Origin: Verrucomicrobiaceae bacterium
Lineage (GTDB): Bacteria; Pseudomonadota; Gammaproteobacteria; Pseudomonadales; CAMLJR01
Length of the DNA stretch: 64,000 nt
Assembly (NCBI GenBank): GCA_028293825.1
Contig: JAQGNY010000048.1
Span: forward strand, 11,023 to 75,022
Direction: 5' to 3'
The translations under genes were made by a program, and so were the position numbers. Below, one piece after another: positions 19,436 through 29,276 of this stretch (position 1 is the stretch's first letter; the number at the start of each line of letters is the position of its first letter). The notes below the pieces were generated by a model. The model searched no databases, had not been told where the DNA came from, and saw only the letters and a list, made by a program, of their open reading frames with translations.

Positions 19436-20443
19436 TTATGTATGTAACAGGGGTAATATTTGGGTTAGCTTTTCGCTCCACTCTTTTTCTAAAGCCTCTT
19501 TAAAAACGGTAACTTCCGCTTTAAATTTTTCATGATCCTTCAAAATAATTTCAACGGCTTTTGCAATCGGTTTTGATTCATTGGCAACATGCAGGCCGCC
19601 CGCTCTAAAATATTTTTTCAGGGCGATACTATCCGACAAAATAAACGGCTTGCGTGCCGCAACTGCTTCGTAAGCGCCACAGACAAGGCAATCTTCGCGA
19701 GTGGTGAGATCGATGATGACATCTGATGTACAAATTAAGTTGTGATAATCCGCGTCTGGTACGTAGCCAGTTAAAGTTACGTTATTGGGAATGGGCTTGC
19801 CGTAGCCTTTTTCCCGCCCTTTGCTGGATCCGGTGATAAGAAATTGAACATTCGGCAAAGTTCCCGCCGCTGCAATCACCTCATAATAAGGTTCGTCTTG
19901 CGCCCATGTGCATATAAATAGGACTTGAGGTTTTTTGCTCGCAGATTTTTCTATCGCAGCGGATGAATCTAGATCGTCAAAGTCTTTGGGGAGTGGGTCG
20001 GGCAGCACCAAGGGGCGTCCACCAACGCTGCTAACTCTATCCGCAAGAGCATCATTGGTCACAATAACAAAGTCGGCGAATCGTATAATGAAGTTTGCGA
20101 GTGGCGCCAAAATAAATTTTGCTTTGTTTGGGTATATGCCGGCGTTATGTGCATCTACTACAACTGTGTAACGGATGATCCGCTTTAGTAATACCGCAAT
20201 TAACGCCAGAACAATCGACGGGTTTTGTACGAACACTGTTTTCTTATACCACCTCCGTAATAGAGCAACGGATTTTACGGTCGATTTTACGTAGCGTGTG
20301 GCGCGGTTGCCTGGTTCGATAATCTCGACAAGCTCCGCATTAAGCCGTAAAGACAGGTTTCTATTTCGAACTTGCTTCTCCCACGTTAACCAAAGAGCCC
20401 AGGGTTTTTCTTTATAGTCGAGCGACTCTGGTTTTATTCTCAA
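19436..20443 (-). CDS. Glycosyltransferase (GT-B fold, GT4-like)
   Basis: VQNPS, VDAHN, DEPY, LTGYVPD, CGAYEAVAARKP. Confidence 0.8.
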   Translation of the reverse strand: MRIKPESLDYKEKPWALWLTWEKQVRNRNLSLRLNAELVEIIEPGNRATRYVKSTVKSVALLRRWYKKTVFVQNPSIVLALIAVLLKRIIRYTVVVDAHNAGIYPNKAKFILAPLANFIIRFADFVIVTNDALADRVSSVGGRPLVLPDPLPKDFDDLDSSAAIEKSASKKPQVLFICTWAQDEPYYEVIAAAGTLPNVQFLITGSSKGREKGYGKPIPNNVTLTGYVPDADYHNLICTSDVIIDLTTREDCLVCGAYEAVAARKPFILSDSIALKKYFRAGGLHVANESKPIAKAVEIILKDHEKFKAEVTVFKEALEKEWSEKLTQILPLLHT

Positions 20444-20524
20444 TCGTATTGCTCCGTTTTAATCGAGTGGCCCTCGATTTATTTTAGCCGTCGATATGAT
20501 AGTTCTACATAGCACAAATAAGAA

Positions 20525-20554
20525 AGGTGATTAAAGCTGTCGCTTTAATCACCT
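20525..20554 (-). terminator. Intrinsic terminator downstream of the lyase-like gene
   Basis: Perfect 13-bp stem AGGTGATTAAAGC-tgtc-GCTTTAATCACCT followed by TTCTTATTT on the minus strand. Confidence 0.7.
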
Positions 20555-20589
20555 CTTAATTTTATTAGTAAATATTGTGCTTTAGCTTT

Positions 20590-21465
20590 TTACTTTATCT
20601 GCAGTACAGGCGGAGCCGGTGGGCTTGCGGCTGCGGGCGTGCTGGTAGTGGTTGTCTTGGTTCCAGTTCCAACAAAGGGATTGCCTTTTGCGTCCACAGC
20701 GGCTGGCGTATCTGAAGTTAGCACAATATCGTCGACGTACAGTTTTTGCGTAGCGGGTGAGCCGCCATTCCAATACGTAAACATATGGGCACGATCAGAA
20801 AACGATGACGCGCTAACGAGGGTTTTTCTGTTAGTAATGTCCTTCAACAATTCGCCATTTTTCCAGACGCGAACACGCGCAGTACCACCGCTTGAAACCG
20901 GGACATTATCGAATTTAACGTAGAATTCATATGTCTCCCAAGTGCCTAAGACAGGAGCATATTTTGCTGCCCCAAAATCGTCCCATACCTGCTCGCCTTC
21001 AAAAATGTAAGAATCAGCAATGGCAGAGCCTTTTGGATTTATATACCAATCGTTGTAACCCTCATTCGAGTTAGATGCGCTTAAGGTGTGAATTCTCAAG
21101 AATTTGAGGCGGTTTCCCTCACTCGTTGAGTTATAATTAAAGCCCGCAGGCATAAATGTTCTAACCCTATACCAGATCTGATCGCCTTTTTTTAATACAG
21201 TCGGATAATTTATGATCCCACCCCAAGTTCCGAAGGCTGTAGCACCTTTGGTGATATTCATCTCGACAGCCTTTCCTCCCTCATAAGAGTTGGTGTCCGT
21301 GAAAAATGTACCTCCTGCTGCATCGCTGAACCCTCCGCTTCCTTGAGCGGCTTTTCCCAATACGCCATTGTTGAAGTTCATGTCAATCCGCCATGCGAAT
21401 GCGCTACAGGCGGTGACTGATGCTGCCAGCACAACAATGGATTTGAATATAAGTTTTTTAAACAT
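20590..21465 (-). CDS. Secreted beta-sandwich carbohydrate-active protein (polysaccharide-lyase-like) with Thr-rich linker and PPAPPVLQIK tail
   Basis: Signal peptide ending SAFA; WYRVRTFMPAGF, KFLR, WETYEFYVK, RVRVWKNG, LYVDDIVL typical of jelly-roll lyase/LamG folds. Confidence 0.65.
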   Translation of the reverse strand: MFKKLIFKSIVVLAASVTACSAFAWRIDMNFNNGVLGKAAQGSGGFSDAAGGTFFTDTNSYEGGKAVEMNITKGATAFGTWGGIINYPTVLKKGDQIWYRVRTFMPAGFNYNSTSEGNRLKFLRIHTLSASNSNEGYNDWYINPKGSAIADSYIFEGEQVWDDFGAAKYAPVLGTWETYEFYVKFDNVPVSSGGTARVRVWKNGELLKDITNRKTLVSASSFSDRAHMFTYWNGGSPATQKLYVDDIVLTSDTPAAVDAKGNPFVGTGTKTTTTSTPAAASPPAPPVLQIK

Positions 21466-21865
21466 CTTTTTAGCCTCAAGATAATCGGGTCAGTCCAATG
21501 CGGGACTTGTGTAGAGTCTATACTCCACGTGTTTTTTCGGGGCTCGCTCTTTTCGCCAATTGCCGGTTTGGTGACGGTGTACTCATAATATCCTTGATCC
21601 ACCGCCCAGCCAGACCTTAAAACACCCCCAAAGTAAGGGTAATTCCTTACGCCGAAAACTCTTAACAATCCGACATAACTTATATGGATATTGGCTCATT
21701 CGGAACCGTTTTTCATGAGAGATCCTTACAAGTTCGGGATATGAAAGAAAATTTATACTGCTCTTTATCCAGGAGTTGATTTATGGGTAATAGTGCTCGC
21801 GGTAAAATGGACATCGATCCGTGTTAAATTTTACCAAATAATATATTCAAAGGAGGGTAACGAAA

Positions 21866-22516
21866 ATGCTTAAAAAAATTGCCGCGCAATTGCCTGAGCG
21901 GGCACAGCAAGAGTTAAAGCGCATTCAACACGGTAGACAAATAAAAAATGGTCATTTTAACGGAGATGAGCCAGAGTTTTTCCGGCTATCTGAGTGGCTA
22001 ACGCCTGGCGATTGGTGTCTCGACGTAGGCGCTAATATCGGACATTACGCGCGTGCAATGTCCGACTTGGTGGGTGCTCAGGGACGTGTTATAGCTTTTG
22101 AGCCAATGAGCAATACATTTGAATTGCTAGCCGCGAATGCTGCTCGTTTTCAATATCAAAATGTCACTCTTGTGAATGCGGCTGTATCCAGCGCTACCGG
22201 AATTGTATCGATGGGGTTGCCTACATTTAACACTGGGCTAAATAACTATTACCGAGCTCAGATCGGCGCTGGTGATATTCAAGCGTTAGCTTTATCTATT
22301 GATTCACTCAACCTTAACAATCGAGTTTCGCTGATTAAGATTGATGTTGAGGGGCATGAGCTTCAAGCGATCCGAGGAATGGTTAATTTAATCGAAAATT
22401 TTAGCCCGATTTTAATTGTTGAGGATGAGGATCCTGAAGTCGAGCTTTTACTTAATGGTTATGGCTATAAATACTCGCGTGCAAATGGCTCTCCAAATCG
22501 TGTCTTTACAAAATAG
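21866..22516 (+). CDS. FkbM-family SAM methyltransferase
   Basis: LDVGANIG, AFEP, LIKIDVEGHE; RBS AGGAGG. Confidence 0.92.
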   Translation: MLKKIAAQLPERAQQELKRIQHGRQIKNGHFNGDEPEFFRLSEWLTPGDWCLDVGANIGHYARAMSDLVGAQGRVIAFEPMSNTFELLAANAARFQYQNVTLVNAAVSSATGIVSMGLPTFNTGLNNYYRAQIGAGDIQALALSIDSLNLNNRVSLIKIDVEGHELQAIRGMVNLIENFSPILIVEDEDPEVELLLNGYGYKYSRANGSPNRVFTK

Positions 22517-22637
22517 TTGCGCCTATCCTGGGGCTGAAGGTAAAGGTGACCTTTCCCCTGCGTTAGTGCCATTGCATTAATTTGATATCATTTATCAGGC
22601 CATTTGTTTTGCACAGACCTCTGGCGGGGTAATCGCC

Positions 22638-24119
22638 CTACCTCCGCAGAAGCCTCTTCACTATTGGGCCTGTTATTTTAGAAATATAAAAGCGGCTGTT
22701 TGGATCCCTCCATAAAACTCCGGCCAAAATAAAAACAAAAATGAAGTAAACGATTGTTTTAGCAAATAGGTCCAGCCAAAGAGTCTTAAAAGTTACTCCG
22801 TATACGGCAAGTACATATCCAATGGCGCCTACAGCCAGGCTTAATAAAAGTGGACTTATCTTTATTTGCATATCGAAATTTTTCTTCGCTATTTTTTCTG
22901 TCATAAAAAACTGAAGAATCATTGCAAACATCAATGCTATGGCTGCCCCAATTTCCCCGAATTTCGGAATTAATGTCAAATTCAATGCCGTAATAGCTGC
23001 CATTGTTATGTAGTTATTGAAGGTGATCTGTTTAGTATTTCCTGACACTAAAAAACTGAAATTCATGAACATAATAAGACATGAAAAAATAGAGCTCACG
23101 GTAAGAAAAGGTACGGAAGCACTTGCTTTATGAAATTCTAAAGCAGACATAATTTTGATGGTCGGATCTGCGAAAATACTGATTCCTAGACCGATAATAA
23201 TTAAAAAAACACTGACAATGCGAAACACATTTCCAAATAATTCAGATGCTCGCTCATTACGATGATAGTAAAAGCGTTCGACGTCCCATACTTGGGAAAA
23301 AGGGCTCCATGCAAGAAACCCTAGAATGCCTGCAAATTTTAATGCAAGTTCATACAGTCCAACTTGATCGAGCGACCCAAACAATCGAATGTAGTAACGA
23401 TTCGATTGCCATATATACAAACCAGCTAAACCGGAAAACCATAGTGGCCAACTAAAAATCAACATACGTTTTGCAATTGAAAAATCGAAGCGATATCCCG
23501 TGTTATAAAGAATGTAAACCGTCAACCCAAGTGCATAGAGTGTCGATGACACGCCGCCGCTAATTACAACCCCCATCACTCCCAGTTTTAGAAAGGCTAT
23601 TAGCCATATATTAAGGCCCAGTTGAATAACTAGTTTGGTTAAGTTTACGGAAATAAATAAAAGTGGTTTTTGCTGAATTCGAATGAACGTGAGGCCATAA
23701 TATTCCAATGCCTGTGTAACGATTTGAAACCCGAAAAGCCCAATTATTAAACCAAATTTTTCGCTGCCAAACAGCATGGATGAGGCAGGGTTTCTGCATA
23801 AAAATATTATTAGTGCAGCTATACCACTGATCCCGCCAGTAATAGTCAGTGCTACGCTAAGGACTGATTTTCGATTCGCTTCAGCACCTTTTTCAAAATA
23901 AAACTTGGGAATCGCATCGCCCAATCGAGCCCCGAAAAAGGGTTCCATCAACGCAAGAGTGAATGTCAGAAGGCCCACGACACCATAGTCCGCAGGACTC
24001 ATAAAGCGGGTATATACGGGCAGCATCAAAAAGCTAACAAGCTGTCGCGACAACGTGCCGATCGCGTAAATAGTCGAATGCTTAATTAGCTTTCCGGCTT
24101 GCGGTGCAGGTTCTTTCAA
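22638..24119 (-). CDS. Wzx-type oligosaccharide flippase
   Basis: HSTIYAIG, LPVYTRFMSPADYG, VGLYELA, PKFGEIGAA; ~12-14 TMs. Confidence 0.9.
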   Translation of the reverse strand: MKEPAPQAGKLIKHSTIYAIGTLSRQLVSFLMLPVYTRFMSPADYGVVGLLTFTLALMEPFFGARLGDAIPKFYFEKGAEANRKSVLSVALTITGGISGIAALIIFLCRNPASSMLFGSEKFGLIIGLFGFQIVTQALEYYGLTFIRIQQKPLLFISVNLTKLVIQLGLNIWLIAFLKLGVMGVVISGGVSSTLYALGLTVYILYNTGYRFDFSIAKRMLIFSWPLWFSGLAGLYIWQSNRYYIRLFGSLDQVGLYELALKFAGILGFLAWSPFSQVWDVERFYYHRNERASELFGNVFRIVSVFLIIIGLGISIFADPTIKIMSALEFHKASASVPFLTVSSIFSCLIMFMNFSFLVSGNTKQITFNNYITMAAITALNLTLIPKFGEIGAAIALMFAMILQFFMTEKIAKKNFDMQIKISPLLLSLAVGAIGYVLAVYGVTFKTLWLDLFAKTIVYFIFVFILAGVLWRDPNSRFYISKITGPIVKRLLRR

Positions 24120-24375
24120 AAGATACTCTCTATGGGTAAGTTATATAATGCACACCGTGGGCATTTTCTAACGAGGCAATTACTGGCATTATTGATACAA
24201 GTAAGCGGAGCACACGATTCAACATTCCGACTCCCCGTCCAATTTCAATTAGATAGCTAATGTCAAAATGCAGACCAGCTTATTTTCAATAGCACGAAGT
24301 TTTTTTGTACAGCCTGCACCTCTTATTTCACATGGTGCCCGTAGCAATTGGATCACTTAGATAAATGAAGAAGAG

Positions 24376-25521
24376 CTAAGTCTTTTTCTGTTCTACGGCT
24401 GCAGTAAGTTCTCTAATTTGTCGTTCTGTAGAAAATTTAATAATCGTTTTTGCCCTCGCAGTTTCTGAGAGTGCGTTTCGTTGTGCCGAATTATCCAAAA
24501 GATCGCTCATTAACTCGGCAAGTTGTTTGTGATCGCCGGGTTCAAATAATAGCTGCGGTGAACTTGTTGCGACGGACTCCCGAAGGCCCGGTAAATTAGA
24601 TGCAATAAGTGGTAATCCGCTAGCCTGCATCTCTAAAGAAGAGCAGGTTAGTGAGTCCCATCCTGTAGAGGCGATGATGCCTGCATAGCATCCCCTATGA
24701 AGCTTATTAATATCATCTCTATAGCCGCCAAAGATGACGCGGTCTCTAACTGTTGGTGCAAGCTGTGCTAGAAGAGGCTGTTCTTCACCTGGACGATTTC
24801 CCAGTAGAAGAATATGCCAATCGTCGATTTTTCGGTGTTCGAACAAATGATTCGCTGCGTTCATTATCACCCTCGTACCTTTACGGTGCTCCATATGCCC
24901 GGAATAAAAAAATATTTTTCTCTGCTTGGGTATGGCAAATTGTTCGTACACGTAAGGATGGTCGAGTGGGTCTGGCCGAAATTGATTGTGGTCAACACTA
25001 AGATAGACGACTCGAGTTTTTTTAATAGAGATACCTCTTCCTAGAACGGCAGTATCGGCCATGCCTAGCGACTCGAAAATGTAAAGATCTGGCCCGTTAG
25101 GTCTCAGCAATACATTTATTTGTTTCAGCAAGCGTTTCGCCGGTCCAAACAGCGAGCTCATGGGGGCTCCCCAGTAAGAAACAAATTTCCGAATCCCACC
25201 CCGCCTAAAGTACTTATATGTGGGTAAATTGACTGGCTGGTCGAAACCAAAGAGGATATTTATTCTATTTTTTTTAACGTAGTTTTCAATAAACTCTCCA
25301 TGCTGTTTATCGTTGTTTGCCGAATCGATAACAACATATTGTTCGAAATTGCTCGGCAGCGTTGTTGGCTTGCCCTTCATCATTGATGTGTAGGCAAAAT
25401 GTACTCGGTCGCTATTGTTTTGGCATAGCTGTAGCGCCATTTTAAAAAAAATTGGCTCAAGCCGGCCTATGGCATAGCCAGTATTTGATTCACAGTGAAA
25501 AAGTACCAATATGCCATTCAT
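24376..25521 (-). CDS. Glycosyltransferase family 4
   Basis: FYSGHMEHRKG, FGGYRDD, SSLEMQASGLP. Confidence 0.85.
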   Translation of the reverse strand: MNGILVLFHCESNTGYAIGRLEPIFFKMALQLCQNNSDRVHFAYTSMMKGKPTTLPSNFEQYVVIDSANNDKQHGEFIENYVKKNRINILFGFDQPVNLPTYKYFRRGGIRKFVSYWGAPMSSLFGPAKRLLKQINVLLRPNGPDLYIFESLGMADTAVLGRGISIKKTRVVYLSVDHNQFRPDPLDHPYVYEQFAIPKQRKIFFYSGHMEHRKGTRVIMNAANHLFEHRKIDDWHILLLGNRPGEEQPLLAQLAPTVRDRVIFGGYRDDINKLHRGCYAGIIASTGWDSLTCSSLEMQASGLPLIASNLPGLRESVATSSPQLLFEPGDHKQLAELMSDLLDNSAQRNALSETARAKTIIKFSTERQIRELTAAVEQKKT

Positions 25522-25567
25522 TGATTGTTTTTGATTCCAGAGTCTCGCTCTATAAAGGGCGATAGTT

Positions 25568-26707
25568 TTATTTGGCTAAGCCTCGATACAATTTGCATGC
25601 GGCCTCGGCATTCGAAGAGGCTAAATACCTGCTAGGCATAGATTGCTGGCCAATATTAGTAGCTGGAAATCTATTGACGTGCAAAAGACCGACCACGGCA
25701 CTCGCATATGCTTGTGGAAGATGATCAGTAACGAGTATCCCGAATGCATCATTGTGCAAGAGGTTAGTTAAGCCCCCGACCGCATGGGCGACTACCGGTG
25801 TAGTTACCGCGATAGATTCCAGTACTGTCATCGGTAATCCTTCATGATCTGAACACATGACCAATACATCCAATCCTGCCAGGCAGGATGTACTGTCAGG
25901 GCGATGTCCGTGAAAGGTGACTTGGCCGGTGACATCTAGCGTAGCGGCTTGCTGGGTTAAGCGCTGACGCAAAGGACCATCGCCAATCACATGGAAATGC
26001 CAGTTGATTTCTGGGGCCTGCTGCAGCAATAACGCGGCCATGTCCAAAAATAAATCGACGCGCTTTACCTGTTGTAATCTCCCGACAATACCTACGTGGA
26101 CGGTGTTGGAAGCATTCAATCGAAAGTCTACCGGCTTGATCGAAGCTCTTACTACTTCGACATCGATACCGTTTTCCACTAGAACAACTTTTTGTGCTGG
26201 AAATATTGCAGTCAGCTTATTTTTTAAGTCTTGCGAAACGGCGATGATCCTATCTTGAAAGTATTTCCCGCACCAAAAATCGAATAAGTAAAAAATGCGC
26301 CTGTGAAAATTGAGTAGTCCCTTTGGGGTATGCTCGGGCGCGCCATGACAGGTTCGTACACTTGGTATTCGGGCGGCAAGGAGGTTCGCGATGACGCCAA
26401 GCACATTTTCTTTTTGGCGATGTGTATGGATTACATTGGGTCGAAGATCGATCATGAGCTTGCGAAGGCGCCAAAGAATCTGCAATCCGTTGAGCTTGGT
26501 TTCATCTATTACGGTAATGGCGATATTTTTATCGCGAAGTTTGCGCGCAAGTTCTCCGTCATTTAAGAGTGCGGCATGAGGTTCTATCGCATTGCCATCT
26601 CTAAGTTGTGATAACAGCGTGAAGAGCTGCACTTCCGCGCCGGCCCACAAATCTCCTGACGCAATATGCAGTACTTTCAGCTTCGGGGTTGCGCGCGACA
26701 AGTCCAT
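25568..26707 (-). CDS. Glycosyltransferase family 4
   Basis: GDLWAGAE, VGRLQQVK, SDHEGLPMTVLES. Confidence 0.92.
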   Translation of the reverse strand: MDLSRATPKLKVLHIASGDLWAGAEVQLFTLLSQLRDGNAIEPHAALLNDGELARKLRDKNIAITVIDETKLNGLQILWRLRKLMIDLRPNVIHTHRQKENVLGVIANLLAARIPSVRTCHGAPEHTPKGLLNFHRRIFYLFDFWCGKYFQDRIIAVSQDLKNKLTAIFPAQKVVLVENGIDVEVVRASIKPVDFRLNASNTVHVGIVGRLQQVKRVDLFLDMAALLLQQAPEINWHFHVIGDGPLRQRLTQQAATLDVTGQVTFHGHRPDSTSCLAGLDVLVMCSDHEGLPMTVLESIAVTTPVVAHAVGGLTNLLHNDAFGILVTDHLPQAYASAVVGLLHVNRFPATNIGQQSMPSRYLASSNAEAACKLYRGLAK

Positions 26708-26814
26708 GATCAGCCATTAGAATGTTGACTGGTAATGCTAGCCCAACCCCGCCAATAGTGAAATCGCGGCAGCATTTTTGATGAGATATTTATTTCGCGA
26801 CTACCAAGGGACTT

Positions 26815-27945
26815 ATGACAAAATTTTTGTTTTGGCTATTTGCGATACTGTCGATTTATAGCTACTTCCTTTATCCCTTCGTTTTAATGCTGCTGTCGCG
26901 TAATCGTTCGGTAATTTCGCCGCATTTGACGGGTGAGGTGCCGAAGCTTTCCCTAATTGTCACGGCCTATAACGAAAACGGCCGCATTCGCCAGAAAATC
27001 GAAAACAGTCTGGCCATCGATTTCCCTGGGGTCGAAATTATCGTGGCCTCGGACTGCTCCTCCGACGACACCGATGCCATCGTGAACGAATATGCCGATC
27101 GCGGTGTACGTCTGGTGCGCGCTGGCGAGCGCCTGGGTAAAGAAAATGCGCAATGGTGTGCCATTCAGGCCGCGACTGGCGACATCTTAGTATTTTCCGA
27201 TGTGGCGACCGAGATCCCTTCAGATGCGCTGCGCAACTTAGTCGATCATTTTGCCAACCCACAGGTCGGTGCGGTTTCCAGCGAGGATCGCTTTATCAGT
27301 CAGGATGGCGAAGTGGCGGGCGAGGGTGCTTATGTTAAATATGAAATGTGGTTGCGCCAGATGGAATCGCAAGCTGCAGGTTTGGTTGGTTTAAGCGGCT
27401 CATTTTTCGCTGCGCGCAAAGCGGTGTGTCAGGAGTGGGATATTCATTCGCCTAGCGATTTTAATACCGCATTAAATTGCGTGCGCTTGGGCTATCGCGC
27501 GATTACCGCTTCCGATGTACTGGGCTTTTACAAAGATTTAAAAGACCCGCAGAAAGAATATCAACGCAAGGTGCGCACGGTGTTGCGGGGAATGACCGCT
27601 ATAGCGCGGCATCGCGATGTGTTAAGTTTACCGCGTTATCATCAATTCGCATTTCAGGTGTGGAGCCATAAATTGATGCGCTGGCTGGTACCTTTATTTT
27701 TAGCGTTGTTGTTCGTGGTTAGTGTTGGATTGGCCGGAAGCAGTTCTTTCTATACGCTAATGTTACTCGGCCAGCTCGCATTTTATGGGGTCGCATTCGC
27801 AGCCCATCGTAATGAAGCAATTAAACAAAATCCCATCGCACGAATTATTTATTTTTTTGTGCAGGTGAATGTCGCAATCGCTCATGCCGCCTACCGGTAT
27901 TTTTCCGGGAAACGCATGACCACATGGCAGCCTTCCGCGCGATGA
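26815..27945 (+). CDS. Glycosyltransferase family 2 (membrane-anchored)
   Basis: TAYNE, ASDCSSDDT, GKENA, VFSD, EYQRKVR, C-terminal TMs. Confidence 0.92.
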   Translation: MTKFLFWLFAILSIYSYFLYPFVLMLLSRNRSVISPHLTGEVPKLSLIVTAYNENGRIRQKIENSLAIDFPGVEIIVASDCSSDDTDAIVNEYADRGVRLVRAGERLGKENAQWCAIQAATGDILVFSDVATEIPSDALRNLVDHFANPQVGAVSSEDRFISQDGEVAGEGAYVKYEMWLRQMESQAAGLVGLSGSFFAARKAVCQEWDIHSPSDFNTALNCVRLGYRAITASDVLGFYKDLKDPQKEYQRKVRTVLRGMTAIARHRDVLSLPRYHQFAFQVWSHKLMRWLVPLFLALLFVVSVGLAGSSSFYTLMLLGQLAFYGVAFAAHRNEAIKQNPIARIIYFFVQVNVAIAHAAYRYFSGKRMTTWQPSAR

Positions 27946-29063
27946 AATGGAGCGATCTAAGACCAGCAGGTAATGCAATCTCACTGCGTATCGACAACCG
28001 GCTTCCCACCTTTGCCGGTTACGTTCCGCTATGGGTTAATTCGGGAACGGCAGCGTTGGCACTGTCAATCGTTGCCGCGCGCGGATTGCATCCACATATC
28101 GCTCAGCCAGAAGTTATTTTGCCGGGCTACGGCTGTCCCGATTTAATTGCTGCAGCTGAGTTTGCCGGTGTGCGCATTGTGCTCGCCGATATTGGCGCCG
28201 ATGATCCGGGTTTTAATCTTGATGCATTGAAAGCCGCGCTTTCTGCCAACACCATTGCTGTAGTCGCCGTTAATTTTTTAGGTATCAAAGAGCGGTTGAG
28301 TGAAATCCGCGAATTGATTGGCCCGGATATCGAATTAATTGAAGATGACGCGCAGTGGTTCCCTGAGCCGACTACTGATCTCAGTGGCGATTTTATCTGT
28401 TTGAGTTTTGGGCGCGGTAAGCCGGTAAGTTTGTTGGGCGGCGGCGCGTTATTAATTAAGGACTCTTTGGTTGAGCGTGTGTTGCCGTGGCTTAACATCG
28501 CGCCCAACTCCAGCGGTGCTAGCGGTAGTTATATGTTGAAAGTGGCGGCATACAATACGTTGCTCAACCCTTTCGCCTACGGTTTTATAAGTCGCAATCC
28601 ATTTCTCAAGCTCGGTGAAACACGACTTAAATTATTGACCGAAATTTCCGCGTTGGATAAACAGCGCCAGCAGTTTTTAACGAGCAACGTGCGCATTCAT
28701 TTTAATCGTGAGCGGGCTAGCGAAGAAAAATTACGCGAAATTATCGCCACCAGCGCCCGACTTACGGATGTCGTAGCCGCAGCCGGCGAGCGTAGTGCGC
28801 GCCTGCTGCGCTATCCTGTGTTATGCAAAAACCTTAAACAGCGAAATCGTGTATGGGAAGAATTCCGCCAAGCGGGCTTAGGCGTCACGGCGATGTACCA
28901 AAAAACATTGCCGGAGATTCCGGACGTAGCGCAGAGAGTTTATGCCGCCGATAATTTGAGTGGGGCAAAAGCGTTTTCGGAACGGTTGCTTACGCTGCCG
29001 ACGCACAGCGGCGTAAAGGCGAAACATTTGAAACATATCGCCGATATTGTGAAAGCCATTTAA
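27942..29063 (+). CDS. DegT/DnrJ/EryC1/StrS-family PLP-dependent sugar aminotransferase
   Basis: NSGTAAL, IEDDAQ, SFGRGKP (PLP Lys), LLTLPTH; ATGA overlap with the GT2 stop. Confidence 0.85.
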   Translation: MKWSDLRPAGNAISLRIDNRLPTFAGYVPLWVNSGTAALALSIVAARGLHPHIAQPEVILPGYGCPDLIAAAEFAGVRIVLADIGADDPGFNLDALKAALSANTIAVVAVNFLGIKERLSEIRELIGPDIELIEDDAQWFPEPTTDLSGDFICLSFGRGKPVSLLGGGALLIKDSLVERVLPWLNIAPNSSGASGSYMLKVAAYNTLLNPFAYGFISRNPFLKLGETRLKLLTEISALDKQRQQFLTSNVRIHFNRERASEEKLREIIATSARLTDVVAAAGERSARLLRYPVLCKNLKQRNRVWEEFRQAGLGVTAMYQKTLPEIPDVAQRVYAADNLSGAKAFSERLLTLPTHSGVKAKHLKHIADIVKAI

Positions 29064-29276
29064 CCGTAAGTTTTCAGTAATGATTTGTTAGTTAAATCGT
29101 AGTTGGTTTCAATTTAGAGCTTAATGAAGTTAAGCTAAATGTCAGGAAGCTGAAAATAGCTTTTCCGCACAGAGATTCACATGCATTTGCGCTCTCGCTT
29201 ATCCCTTTGAGGTTATCACTGAAATCTCTGCGTTATATTTAATTTATTATTGGTGTGTTTAATGCCAACGTCTCAT

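Noticed and set aside
29064-29276. AT-rich gap between convergent genes with short stems (AGCTTAA/TTAAGCT 29118-29136; CAGAGATT/AATCTCTG 29170-29230); possible sRNA
   Set aside because: The stems are short in AT-rich DNA and match no RNA family I recognise; termination signals are the simpler explanation.
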